Shown here piece after piece: positions 28,004 to 37,142 of a stretch of DNA of 64,000 nt; the stretch's first letter is position 1; every line of letters begins with the position of its first letter. Both the position numbers and the translations under genes were made by a program. The stretch is from a virus (taxonomy: Duplodnaviria > Caudoviricetes): positions 29,032-93,031 of IMG/VR virus record IMGVR_UViG_3300035070_003584; one strand, 5' to 3'. The notes under the pieces are model-generated. The model worked only from the letters and a program-made list of their open reading frames with translations. It searched no databases and was not told the origin of the DNA.

Positions 28004-28117
28004 TTCTAAACTACTTACTAGATACGTCCGTGTAGAGGCGTTGATCAGCTAAAAGCACTATCTCGAAAGAGGTGTTAGTTTATACTAGCTCGGGCGTATC
28101 TAGTAAGTGGTTTAGAA
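28004..28117 (+). ncRNA. Candidate structured RNA closed by a 27-bp stem
   Basis: 28004-28030 is complementary to 28091-28117 with two G.U pairs; inner hairpin with GAAA tetraloop. Confidence 0.55.
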
Positions 28118-28145
28118 TTAGGTTTTTATTAAGAGGAGTTTTATA

Positions 28146-28349
28146 ATGCTGCACTTTGTTGGTTTTCGAAATGATAATGATTATCTGGCTGCTGTTAGGG
28201 TTTTTGGTAAGCCTGACTTTGTCCATGTTACTCATGATCATCGTATGTATGGTGATGTTGATAGAGATAACGATACTGTTGTCTTTTCACATAAAGCAGA
28301 TCCTGATCGTGTTTCTCAATTCACTGATCAGGATCATGAGAGGCACTAA
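28146..28349 (+). CDS. Hypothetical protein
   Basis: SD GAGGAG; HFVGFR..A.RVFGKPDFVH..HD.R. Confidence 0.75.
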   Translation: MLHFVGFRNDNDYLAAVRVFGKPDFVHVTHDHRMYGDVDRDNDTVVFSHKADPDRVSQFTDQDHERH

Positions 28350-28546
28350 TGGCACATCAATCGGAACTTATTAATACCAAAGGCCATCCATTTGTGGGTG
28401 TCCAATGGGAGGTCGAAGGCAGTAAGGGCAATCAATATCTGGTCGGTATGTATGATTCCGGATTTGATTGCACTTGTATCGCCTTTCGTAAATGTAAACA
28501 TATTAAAGCAGTAGAGGAGAGAATCTGTGAAGAACCCAGTTGCTAA
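28349..28546 (+). CDS. SWIM zinc-finger protein
   Basis: GSKGNQY.V..CTC...RKCKHI. Confidence 0.8.
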   Translation: MAHQSELINTKGHPFVGVQWEVEGSKGNQYLVGMYDSGFDCTCIAFRKCKHIKAVEERICEEPSC

Positions 28547-28799
28547 ATATTTGATGTGTTCGTATGCATATTATAAAGAGGATGATCCTTTAATTTCTGA
28601 CGCAGAGTTTGATGAATTGGGTAAATGGATGCTCGAGCATTGGGATGCAATTGATCATCCTCATAAGAAATACATCACAAGACATGATCTAACTGCTGGT
28701 ACATTTTTGGGTAAATATCCATCGATGATTCCTGGTGCGGTTAGATCATACCGTGAGATGAAGAAAAAAGAAGGAACTCTTGAAAACTTTTTTAAATAA
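28527..28799 (+). CDS. Stand-alone NAD-ligase domain-Ia-like protein
   Basis: YAYYKEDDPLISDAEFDEL. Confidence 0.65.
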   Translation: MKNPVAKYLMCSYAYYKEDDPLISDAEFDELGKWMLEHWDAIDHPHKKYITRHDLTAGTFLGKYPSMIPGAVRSYREMKKKEGTLENFFK

Positions 28800-28814
28800 A
28801 ATGCATTTTAGGGG

Positions 28815-28870
28815 TTTACAAATTAAACTAATTATGGTATAATAGTTACATAATCAAAAAGTGAAGAGGT
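28815..28870 (+). promoter_or_regulatory. Early promoter plus leader cassette
   Basis: TTTACA-N17-TATAAT, CATAATCAAAAAGTGAAGAGG. Confidence 0.8.
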
Positions 28871-28877
28871 TTATATT

Positions 28878-29834
28878 ATGGCACATATGGTAGAAACAAT
28901 GGCTTATGCCGGTCAGGTTCCATGGCATGGATTAGGTGTTCCTGTCTCTAATGATTTGACACCAGTTCAGATGATGCAAAAAGCTGAACTAGATTGGAAA
29001 GTCCGTGAAGTGGAATCATTTATTGAGTTCGATGGTAAAAAAATGCCAACCGGACAAAAATCATTGGTACGCGAAACCGATGGTAAAATTTTAACAAATG
29101 TTGGTGAGAATTGGAAATCTGTTCAGAACGAACAGGCCTTTGAATTCTTTCATGAGTATGTGATGGCAGGTGATATGGAAATGCACACTGCAGGTTCACT
29201 CAAGGGTGGTCAGATGGTCTGGGCTCTAGCCAAGATTAATTCTTCCATGGATTTCTTTAAGGGTGATCAGGTAGATTCATATCTGCTCTTTTCTAATCCT
29301 CACCAATATGGTAAGACGATTGACATTCGTTTTACACCAATCCGTGTTGTGTGTAATAATACACTGACACTTTCACTAGACCAAAAGACAGAACAATCAG
29401 TTCGTGTTGGCCATAGAGTAGAGTTTGATGCATCAACTGTCAAACGTGCTCTTGGCATTGCTAGTGAGAAAATGGGTGTATATGGTGAAATGGCTAAATT
29501 CCTTGGTAACAAGAGATTTACTGAGGATTCATATATCGAATACCTTAATACGGTATTTCCCCGTACTTCCGATAAGCGTGTACAGGACAAGCAGTTATCA
29601 GCTGAAACCCTATCACGTAACGCCAAGTTGGCCTATGATGTCCTTGACACACAGCCAGGCGCGGAATATGCTCGTGGTACGTGGTGGCAGGCATTTAACT
29701 CTGTCACATATATTACAGATCATGTTCAAGGTCGGAATGCCGATAATCGCCTTTATTCATCATGGTTCGGTGGTAATCAATTACGGAAACGTGATGCACT
29801 CCAAACCGCAATTGAATTTGCAGAGGCGGCGTAA
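28878..29834 (+). CDS. DUF932/DUF945-family phage/plasmid protein
   Basis: MAH.VETMAY..PWHGLG, VQN..AF.F, TAGSL.GG..VW, TPIRVVCNNTL, GTWW.AFN.VT...DH. Confidence 0.88.
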   Translation: MAHMVETMAYAGQVPWHGLGVPVSNDLTPVQMMQKAELDWKVREVESFIEFDGKKMPTGQKSLVRETDGKILTNVGENWKSVQNEQAFEFFHEYVMAGDMEMHTAGSLKGGQMVWALAKINSSMDFFKGDQVDSYLLFSNPHQYGKTIDIRFTPIRVVCNNTLTLSLDQKTEQSVRVGHRVEFDASTVKRALGIASEKMGVYGEMAKFLGNKRFTEDSYIEYLNTVFPRTSDKRVQDKQLSAETLSRNAKLAYDVLDTQPGAEYARGTWWQAFNSVTYITDHVQGRNADNRLYSSWFGGNQLRKRDALQTAIEFAEAA

Positions 29835-29918
29835 TGGGAATAATCGTAACAGCCTACGGTCTTTTGATCGTAGGCAATTTTGTCATAAGTGGAATAACAG
29901 TCACCTTTGGAGGTTAAC

Positions 29919-30131
29919 ATGAGTATAGAACGTAGTATTGAACGTGATGTCAAGGTAATGACTAAAGGTTCATTTGGTGTTGATTGGGAAATTGCCATGT
30001 TAGAAGGCAATCAAAAATTAAGAAAAGCAGAACGAAAGCGCCTAGAGCGGCTTCGGGCAGTTAAAGTTCAGATGGTAGAAAATCCAGATGAATGTAAAAA
30101 ATTGGTAAAACGATATAAGGAAATGTCATGA
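29919..30131 (+). CDS. Hypothetical protein
   Basis: SD GGAGG, ATG 29919. Confidence 0.65.
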   Translation: MSIERSIERDVKVMTKGSFGVDWEIAMLEGNQKLRKAERKRLERLRAVKVQMVENPDECKKLVKRYKEMS

Positions 30132-30289
30132 AGGCACATAGTATTGAACAGACAGCCGCTTGGGCTAAGAGTTGGAATATGAAAGGATATGAACACCTGT
30201 ATCCAGAAAACCGTGAAAAGGCTCGTCAATTTGCTATTAAACTAGTTAATGATCAGAGACGAGATAAGGAAAATCAAAAATCGTCTTAG
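30128..30289 (+). CDS. Hypothetical protein (53 aa)
   Basis: ATGA overlap; MKAHSIEQTAAWAKSWNMKGYEHLYP.. Confidence 0.55.
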   Translation: MKAHSIEQTAAWAKSWNMKGYEHLYPENREKARQFAIKLVNDQRRDKENQKSS

Positions 30290-30386
30290 AATATTTAACA
30301 AAAGTTTAATATAACAGGATCATTGGTTTGGTTAAATATTATTGAGGCGGTTGAGCGCCTCTTTAATTTTAACAAAGGGAAAATAA

Positions 30387-31289
30387 ATGAAAAAATTAAT
30401 CTTTACACTAGCTCTTGTACTAGCGTCCTCAAATGCGCATGCAAGAGACACAATCACTTCGGTCGGTTCATCGACTGTATATCCATTCACAACTATTGCT
30501 GCTGAAAAGTTTGCTCAGAGCACAGGTAGTAGAATTATTGTGGAATCAACCGGTACCGGTGGAGGAATGAAACTCTTCTGTAATGGTATTGGAATTGAAC
30601 ACCCAGATATGACTGGCGCATCACGTGCTATTAAAGATAAAGAAGCAAAAATGTGTGCCAAGAATAATGTAACATTTGACGAAGTAAAGATTGGTTTTGA
30701 TGGTATCACCATTTCAAATTCAAATGAAGCACCAAAAGCAGCATTTACCAAACAACAACTCTTTAAAGCAGTATCAGACCCAAATATGAAGATGTGGTCT
30801 GATATTGATCCATCATTACCAAACAAAGAAATTTCTATTATGGTTCCTCCTCCAACCTCAGGAACAAGAGATGCATTTGTCGAACTTGTAATGCATGGTG
30901 CCTGTAAGGAAATGGGAATGTCAAAGAAGGAATATAAAGCAAAATGTTCTTCATTCCGTGAAGACGGTCAGGTAATTGTAATGGGTGAAAACGACAATTT
31001 GATTGTTGAAAAACTTGTTGCAGATCCTGACATGTTTGGTGTATTTGGATTCTCTTTCCTTGATCAGAATCTAGATAAGGTACATGGTGCAACTGTAAAT
31101 GGTGTAGCTCCTACATTTGAAACCATTGCAGATGGATCATATAAAGTCTCACGCCCACTTTATGTTTACTTTAAGAAAGAACATATGGGTGTAATTCCTG
31201 GATTGGCAGAGTTTAAATCTTTCTATATTGATTTAGCAGCAGATCCAACCTCACAACTTGCTGAGGCTGGTCTGATTCCACTTAAATAA
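30387..31289 (+). CDS. pstS: Phosphate ABC transporter substrate-binding protein
   Basis: Signal peptide; GSSTVYP, ESTGTGGG, ASR.IK, PPTSGTRDAF, Y.VSRPLYVY.K. Confidence 0.94.
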   Translation: MKKLIFTLALVLASSNAHARDTITSVGSSTVYPFTTIAAEKFAQSTGSRIIVESTGTGGGMKLFCNGIGIEHPDMTGASRAIKDKEAKMCAKNNVTFDEVKIGFDGITISNSNEAPKAAFTKQQLFKAVSDPNMKMWSDIDPSLPNKEISIMVPPPTSGTRDAFVELVMHGACKEMGMSKKEYKAKCSSFREDGQVIVMGENDNLIVEKLVADPDMFGVFGFSFLDQNLDKVHGATVNGVAPTFETIADGSYKVSRPLYVYFKKEHMGVIPGLAEFKSFYIDLAADPTSQLAEAGLIPLK

Positions 31290-31306
31290 TCCTACACTCC
31301 CAGTAG

Positions 31307-31333
31307 AAAAGACGGCTTCGGCCGTCTTTTTTT
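31307..31333 (+). terminator. Rho-independent terminator after pstS
   Basis: AAAAGACGGC-TTCG-GCCGTC-TTTTTTT. Confidence 0.92.
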
Positions 31334-31334
31334 G

Positions 31335-31363
31335 TTTACATTAATGTATAAATAGTGTATAGT
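31335..31363 (+). promoter_or_regulatory. Late promoter nested in a sigma70-like promoter
   Basis: TATAAATA at 31347; TTTACA-N17-TATAGT. Confidence 0.65.
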
Positions 31364-31394
31364 TAACTATGATTAACATACCGAGGTACATAAG

Positions 31395-32234
31395 ATGAAT
31401 AGACTTAAAACATTTATTAGGGAGATGGCAGCCGTGAAAACATCTAATTTAGATGCAGCCTTTCTGAAAAGAGCACAAAAGGTTACATCATTTAATTTAA
31501 GGGCTGCAGATTTTGAATCAACACAATATAAAGCAGAGATTCAACATCTATTTAGAACACATCTATTTCCGGACTTTGATTTAAGTCAGACCATGGTTGG
31601 ACCACCAAATGTAGCTCAATTGAATAAACGAATTGATATACTAAAAAGACAAAATTTTGGTAACTATAATAAACTACATTTCTATAATCTAAAAGGGGTA
31701 GGGCCGGGAGAGGCAACTCTTTACTTTCTTTTAGATGATGCACATCTAGGTGGTGGTGGATCTGCTGGTGTGGATTTGATTGTAGGTTCAAAACAGTATG
31801 AAGTAAAGGCATCACTCTATTCTGCTGCCGATAGTACTGTGTATGGATTTAAATTGGGTGGTACTGCTGCCCTAGGTAAAATGGTTAATGAATTGGTGAG
31901 ATTAAAAAATGAATTAGGACTAAAATCTGCCGGTAAAGGACAGAATGAAGTCGGACCAAAAAACCTTGAGGCCATTCAAAAGGCTTATCCTAATGAATAT
32001 AGAAAATTGGAAAATGATTATGCTAGAACTGCCGGACAATATTTTGGTAAAACTCCAGTAATCTTTATTAATAATAACGCTAGTGTAAAATTGGATCCGG
32101 ATGATCCAGTTGAAAAAGTAAGATTGTTGAGTAATGCAGCTGGTAATGTCCTTGCAATTAAATCTGTAAATACAAAAGATATTAAAATCCAAACAGTAAC
32201 TCAAGGCACTATTAAACCAAGAGTAAAAATTTAA
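31395..32234 (+). CDS. Late protein, possible PD-(D/E)xK nuclease fold
   Basis: G.GPGEA...GVDL....YEVK; CTS-like N-terminus. Confidence 0.55.
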   Translation: MNRLKTFIREMAAVKTSNLDAAFLKRAQKVTSFNLRAADFESTQYKAEIQHLFRTHLFPDFDLSQTMVGPPNVAQLNKRIDILKRQNFGNYNKLHFYNLKGVGPGEATLYFLLDDAHLGGGGSAGVDLIVGSKQYEVKASLYSAADSTVYGFKLGGTAALGKMVNELVRLKNELGLKSAGKGQNEVGPKNLEAIQKAYPNEYRKLENDYARTAGQYFGKTPVIFINNNASVKLDPDDPVEKVRLLSNAAGNVLAIKSVNTKDIKIQTVTQGTIKPRVKI

Positions 32235-33040
32235 TGGCACAGTATTCAGTCAGTCGAGGTAGACACTACAATCGAAACGCTAATCGCGATATTCATGAAG
32301 TGGTTATGCTTTCGGATAAAGATGGAAATATTCTCAATACATATGGTCCATCTGCTAATATTCCAATTGCAGATGGTTCGGTAGAAGGTTATTCAGTAAG
32401 AAACATTTTTGGTGGTACTGGTGCTAGCACTTATATTGTAACCACCGAATTTAGAACTCCATGGGAATTAGCAAGTAATTACGCATTTCCTGTTAGTGCA
32501 TCTACAATGAGTTTGGTAAGTACGAGTACATCAGATACTGCTGTAACGGTTTTAATTTTAGGACTTGATGCAAATTATAATCAAATAAGTGAAACTCATA
32601 CACTCACTGGAACCACACCCATTATCACAACGAATAATTTTTTCAGAATCAATGATATGGTATGTACGGCTGGTAATGCAGTGGGTGATATTACGTTAAG
32701 TGTTGGTGCTAATGTTTATTCAAAAATCTTAGCAGGAAACGGAAGAGATCAAAAGGCGGTATATACTGTTCCTGCTGGCTATTGCTTTTTCTTGACTCGT
32801 ATTGATGCTTTCTGTACTGATGCGAATGGTGGCAAGGCAGCGCGATTTAGAAACTATTTAAGATCACCAAACGGTAGAGAATTAAGAGTTGCTGATACAA
32901 CGTTTTTTGAGAACATGAGTATTATGAGGCAAGCGCCGTTTAAGTATGATGAAAAAACAGATATTGAAATGCAACTTCGTTCCTTATCTGGATCTACATT
33001 TGGGTCAATTTTTGCCGAAGGGATACTGGTGAAGCAATGA
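32234..33040 (+). CDS. Beta-rich virion-associated protein
   Basis: Ser/Thr-rich; GLDANY, L.GTT, YTVPAG. Confidence 0.6.
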   Translation: MAQYSVSRGRHYNRNANRDIHEVVMLSDKDGNILNTYGPSANIPIADGSVEGYSVRNIFGGTGASTYIVTTEFRTPWELASNYAFPVSASTMSLVSTSTSDTAVTVLILGLDANYNQISETHTLTGTTPIITTNNFFRINDMVCTAGNAVGDITLSVGANVYSKILAGNGRDQKAVYTVPAGYCFFLTRIDAFCTDANGGKAARFRNYLRSPNGRELRVADTTFFENMSIMRQAPFKYDEKTDIEMQLRSLSGSTFGSIFAEGILVKQ

Positions 33041-34263
33041 GTTTTAAGGATTTTATTACAGAACAAAAGAATACTCATATGACTCATATTGAGGATTTAG
33101 TTCTCTATGGTGGTGTCAAAGGGACAAGAGATGCTATTATGGCATTACGTTCAATGAGAGATATGTTAGGAGGAGTGCATGATGGAAATGTATCTGTTAA
33201 GTGGGACGGAGCTCCTGCTGTGTTTGCTGGCACTGATCCTAGTGATGGAAGATTCTTCGTGGCGAAAAAAGGGATCTTTAACAAATCTCCCAAAGTATAC
33301 AAGAGTAATGCTGATATTGATGCTGATACTTCTGGTGACCTTAATGCAAAGCTTAAACTTGCTCTACAATATTTACCTGAATTAGGAATTAAAGGAGTTA
33401 TTCAAGGTGATTTTCTCTATGGCCCAGGCGATATCCAAAAATCTAAAATTAAAGGTAAAGACTATATTACCTTTCACCCCAATACAATTGTATATGCAGT
33501 ACCGGCTGGGACGGACATGGCCAAGCAAGTTACGTCAGCAAAAATTGGAATCGTATGGCATACGAGCTACTCAGGATCCTCATTCGAAACAATGAAACAA
33601 AAATTTGGTGTTGATGTATCCAAATTAAAAAAATCAAAGAATGTTTGGTCACAAGATGCAATGTTAAGAGATATGACACAATTTAGTATGTCTAAAAAAG
33701 ATACAGAAGAAGTAAATGTGTTATTGAGTGAAGCAGGAAAAATATTTAATAAGATTAGTGGCACAACTCTACGGCAACTTGAAAAAAATCAAAACCTTGC
33801 CAGAACAATAGAACAATTTAACAATACATATGTCAGAAAAGGTGAAGTTGTTATTAATACAACTCAACATGTCAATAAACTCATCTCTTGGATCAAAGGC
33901 AGATATCGTGCCGAAATATCTAAGCGATCAACCGAAAAAGGTAAGGCTGCACAACAATCTAAATTAGATGAGGTTCTTTCATTTTTCTCTGCAGAAAATA
34001 AAAAATCACTAAAATTTATGTTTGATTTACAGAAATACATTATTCTGGCAAAACTAAAACTTATAAATATACTTAATAAGTTAAATGGTGTTCAAACGTT
34101 TTTAAAGACAAATAAAGGATATCGCACAACAGGCCAAGAAGGTTATGTTGCAATAGATAAACTTGGTGGTGATGCAGTGAAAATTATTGACCGGATGGAA
34201 TTTTCATTCGCCAACTTTTCACCGACTATATTAAAGGGATGGGATAAACCAGGAAGGAATTAA
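33037..34263 (+). CDS. Conserved T4-like phage protein (DUF6267-like; ligase-like KWDG motif)
   Basis: KNTHMTHIED, VKWDGAPA, QGDFL, FHPNTIVY, EGYV, DRMEFS. Confidence 0.75.
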   Translation: MSFKDFITEQKNTHMTHIEDLVLYGGVKGTRDAIMALRSMRDMLGGVHDGNVSVKWDGAPAVFAGTDPSDGRFFVAKKGIFNKSPKVYKSNADIDADTSGDLNAKLKLALQYLPELGIKGVIQGDFLYGPGDIQKSKIKGKDYITFHPNTIVYAVPAGTDMAKQVTSAKIGIVWHTSYSGSSFETMKQKFGVDVSKLKKSKNVWSQDAMLRDMTQFSMSKKDTEEVNVLLSEAGKIFNKISGTTLRQLEKNQNLARTIEQFNNTYVRKGEVVINTTQHVNKLISWIKGRYRAEISKRSTEKGKAAQQSKLDEVLSFFSAENKKSLKFMFDLQKYIILAKLKLINILNKLNGVQTFLKTNKGYRTTGQEGYVAIDKLGGDAVKIIDRMEFSFANFSPTILKGWDKPGRN

Positions 34264-34265
34264 CG

Positions 34266-34793
34266 ATGGCAAAATTGCTTCGTTTTAAAGATCTATTAGA
34301 GATGGACGGACAGTCTCCTCTAGAACAAAAACCATTATCATTTAATGATATGCATTCGACTGAGTATCGTCCTGGTGAGGACGAGCTTACGAATTATCGT
34401 GCGTATCGTAGAAGAAAATTTGGTGTTGGTACTGGCGAAGGTGGCCCAATCGGTGAGTCTGTCGAGACAGATGAGGCCCTTGATATCCGTCAAAGACTTG
34501 CTAAGTCAAGAATGTTTAGAAGATTTAAATCAAAAATTAAATTAGGCCGCGATCGCGCCAAACGCCGTATGGCAAAACCTTCTGTTCTTAAAACAAGAGC
34601 AGATAAAGCCGCAAGAAAATTTATTCTTAAAAAAATTACAAAAGGTGTAGATAAGAGTGATCTTTCTTTTGCCCGTAGACAAGAAATTGAAAAACGTCTC
34701 GAGAAACCTGCCGTAAAAGCTAGAATTAAGATGTTAGCTAAAAGGTTATATAAAGATGTACGGAAAAAAGAAGTTGAGCGGAAAAAAGGTTAA
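34266..34793 (+). CDS. Basic putative internal head protein
   Basis: Acidic N-terminus ending in E; Arg/Lys-rich C-terminus. Confidence 0.65.
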   Translation: MAKLLRFKDLLEMDGQSPLEQKPLSFNDMHSTEYRPGEDELTNYRAYRRRKFGVGTGEGGPIGESVETDEALDIRQRLAKSRMFRRFKSKIKLGRDRAKRRMAKPSVLKTRADKAARKFILKKITKGVDKSDLSFARRQEIEKRLEKPAVKARIKMLAKRLYKDVRKKEVERKKG

Positions 34794-36031
34794 TGATTAA
34801 TTCATTTAGTACATTTTTGGTTGAAGAAGAAAAAACTCTATACTTCGTGTGGGGGCGAATGAATCCGCCTACCGCTGGTCATGAGAAACTTTTAGATTTT
34901 TTGAAATCAAAAGCTGGTAGGAATCCATTTAGAATCTATCTGACACAATCCGAGGATAAAAATAAAAATCCAATTCCATTTGTGCAAAAGGTAAAGTTTG
35001 CACGGAAGGGATTTCCTCAGTATGCACGTCAGATTATGCTTAATAAGAAATTAAAAACAATTTTTGATGCAATGACATCCTTTTATGATGAAGGTTTCAG
35101 ACGCGTTGTCATTGTTGCTGGCAGTGACCGTGTTAATGAGTATGACATCACACTAAATAAGTATAACGGTGTGAGAGGTAGACACGGTTTCTATAACTTC
35201 GAAAAGATTACCGTGATGAATGCAGGTAATCGTGATCCAGAGTCAAAAGGTGTTGAGGGTGTATCCGGTACCAAATTGAGAGGATATGCCGAGAGTGGTA
35301 ACTTTACTAAGTTTGTCCAATATATGCCTAAGAAACTTTCAAATTCAGATGTAAAGAAAGTATTCAATGCAGTTCGTAAAGGCCTAGGTCTAAAAGAAGA
35401 AAAAGAATTTAAAAATCATGTACAATTAGAGCCTGTGAATAATCTCCGTGAATCATATGTAAATGGAGAATTGTTTAAGGAAGGTGATCAGGTTGTAATA
35501 AAAGAATCAGGTGAAATTGGAACAGTCAAGAGACTTGGTTCTAACTATGTAATCATCGAAGGTTCTGGTAATCAATACCGTAAATGGCTTGATGCAGTTG
35601 AGTTGGTTGACGAAACACAGACCAAATATGAAATTGCTAATTTTTCTACCAAGATGGAATCCCTTAGTGAATCCATGCAAGAACGTGAAGATCCAGACAT
35701 TGGAGATCGTAAGGGATCACAACCTGCAAACTACCATGCTGGTTTAAAAAAATCAACAAAGCTTGCACGTGATCGTCAGTTTAAAAAACAAGCAAAAATG
35801 GCTGATGATAACCCAAAGGCTTATAAGCCGGCTCCAGGCGATAAAAAAGCTAAAACAAAACCAAGTAAACACACCATGAAGTTTAAACAAATGTTCGGTG
35901 AGAATGAAATGCAATCACTTGCAAAAAAGAGAATCGAACGTGAAAAACAAATGGATAAAATTAAACACGATCGTATGATGGATCGTGCACGTACCAGAGA
36001 TACTATGAAAAAAAATAAGGAAACCAAATGA
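34793..36031 (+). CDS. Phage cytidyltransferase-like (HxGH) protein with extensions
   Basis: GRMNPPTAGH, VAGSDRV, AG.RDP..GVSGTKLR. Confidence 0.8.
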   Translation: MINSFSTFLVEEEKTLYFVWGRMNPPTAGHEKLLDFLKSKAGRNPFRIYLTQSEDKNKNPIPFVQKVKFARKGFPQYARQIMLNKKLKTIFDAMTSFYDEGFRRVVIVAGSDRVNEYDITLNKYNGVRGRHGFYNFEKITVMNAGNRDPESKGVEGVSGTKLRGYAESGNFTKFVQYMPKKLSNSDVKKVFNAVRKGLGLKEEKEFKNHVQLEPVNNLRESYVNGELFKEGDQVVIKESGEIGTVKRLGSNYVIIEGSGNQYRKWLDAVELVDETQTKYEIANFSTKMESLSESMQEREDPDIGDRKGSQPANYHAGLKKSTKLARDRQFKKQAKMADDNPKAYKPAPGDKKAKTKPSKHTMKFKQMFGENEMQSLAKKRIEREKQMDKIKHDRMMDRARTRDTMKKNKETK

Positions 36032-36279
36032 TTAAATTTAGCCAATATCTTTCAGAAGAAGAAAAAAAGGGCCTTGCGGCTAAGGCTGAAAAGTCTGGCA
36101 TGCCAATTGGTATTCTCCGTAAAGTCTATAACCGCGGCATGGCGGCATGGAAAACAGGACATAGACCAGGCACAACCCCACAGCAATGGGGTATGGCAAG
36201 GGTTAATTCATTTGTAACCAAATCTTCAGGTACTTGGGGTAAAGCAGATAAAGACCTAGCAGCAAAGGTAAGAAAGTAA
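36028..36279 (+). CDS. Small basic putative internal protein
   Basis: VYNRGMAAW.TGHRPG.T.QQW..ARVNSF. Confidence 0.7.
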   Translation: MIKFSQYLSEEEKKGLAAKAEKSGMPIGILRKVYNRGMAAWKTGHRPGTTPQQWGMARVNSFVTKSSGTWGKADKDLAAKVRK

Positions 36280-36280
36280 C

Positions 36281-36913
36281 ATGAAAACATTTTTTGAACT
36301 CAGAGAAGGTTATGCTTCTAATGAAAGTTTGGAAGACAGAATCAAGGCAGATGTTAAAGCAGGAACTGGTACAGCACTAATAGTTAATAAGCACAAAAAT
36401 TCTGTTAAAAACACAAATGATATTCATAAAATAATTCACAATGTTAGATCAAATATGAATAAAAATGAAGATTCAGATGCTGTAAAGGCATTCCTTGCAA
36501 AGGGTGGTAAAATTAAAAAACTTCCACCAGCAAAAGCTCAAGGTTACCATGGTAAGGATGATCCAGGTAAAGGCATGCATGGTATGCTTGATAGACCGGA
36601 TACCAAAAAGATTGGTACTCGTAAAAAGGCCAGGTCGATGGAAGCTACTGAAAACTATCAAGTTCAGCAATATAAAGATGGTAAAAAGGTCGGTTCTCCT
36701 AAATCATTTGGTGGTAACCTGAAAAAAGCCACTGCACATGCAGACAAAATGGGCACAGATCATAGAGTCCATAAAGAAAATAATGTTGATGAACAAGGTG
36801 CAGGATTATGGGCAAACATTAGAGCTAAAAGAGCTCGTGGTGAGCGCATGCGTAAACCTGGTGAAAAAGGTGCACCAACACAGGCTGCATTGGACAGAGC
36901 AAAAGGTAAATAG
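36281..36913 (+). CDS. Modular basic putative internal protein
   Basis: MKTFFELRE; AFLAKGGKIKK; GLWANIRAKR. Confidence 0.7.
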   Translation: MKTFFELREGYASNESLEDRIKADVKAGTGTALIVNKHKNSVKNTNDIHKIIHNVRSNMNKNEDSDAVKAFLAKGGKIKKLPPAKAQGYHGKDDPGKGMHGMLDRPDTKKIGTRKKARSMEATENYQVQQYKDGKKVGSPKSFGGNLKKATAHADKMGTDHRVHKENNVDEQGAGLWANIRAKRARGERMRKPGEKGAPTQAALDRAKGK

Positions 36914-36914
36914 G

Positions 36915-37142
36915 ATGAAAACACTAGATCAAATTAGAGAACAAAAAGATCCTGGTGAATATGACCAAGAAGGGGATATGGCAAAAACTCAATTAAGAAC
37001 AATTATTGATGCAGCCAAGGAACTTCACAATATGCTCGGTAAGGATGATAATTTACCAGAATGGGTTCAGAATAAAATCACAAAAGCAACTGATTATATT
37101 GACTCAGCAAGAGATTATATTAAATCAGAGAAGGCAGACTAA
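36915..37142 (+). CDS. Putative internal protein
   Basis: MKTLDQIRE; EGDMAK.QL; LPEWVQ.KIT.A.DYI. Confidence 0.7.
   Translation: MKTLDQIREQKDPGEYDQEGDMAKTQLRTIIDAAKELHNMLGKDDNLPEWVQNKITKATDYIDSARDYIKSEKAD

Noticed and set aside
28031-28090. SAM-II/SAM-V or lysine riboswitch
   Set aside because: Only short word matches (GCTAAAAGCACTA, TAGAGGCG); the required pairing elements are missing.
28004-28117. Retron msr-msd or MITE
   Set aside because: No reverse transcriptase or transposase in the window, and G.U-type deviations favour an RNA stem.
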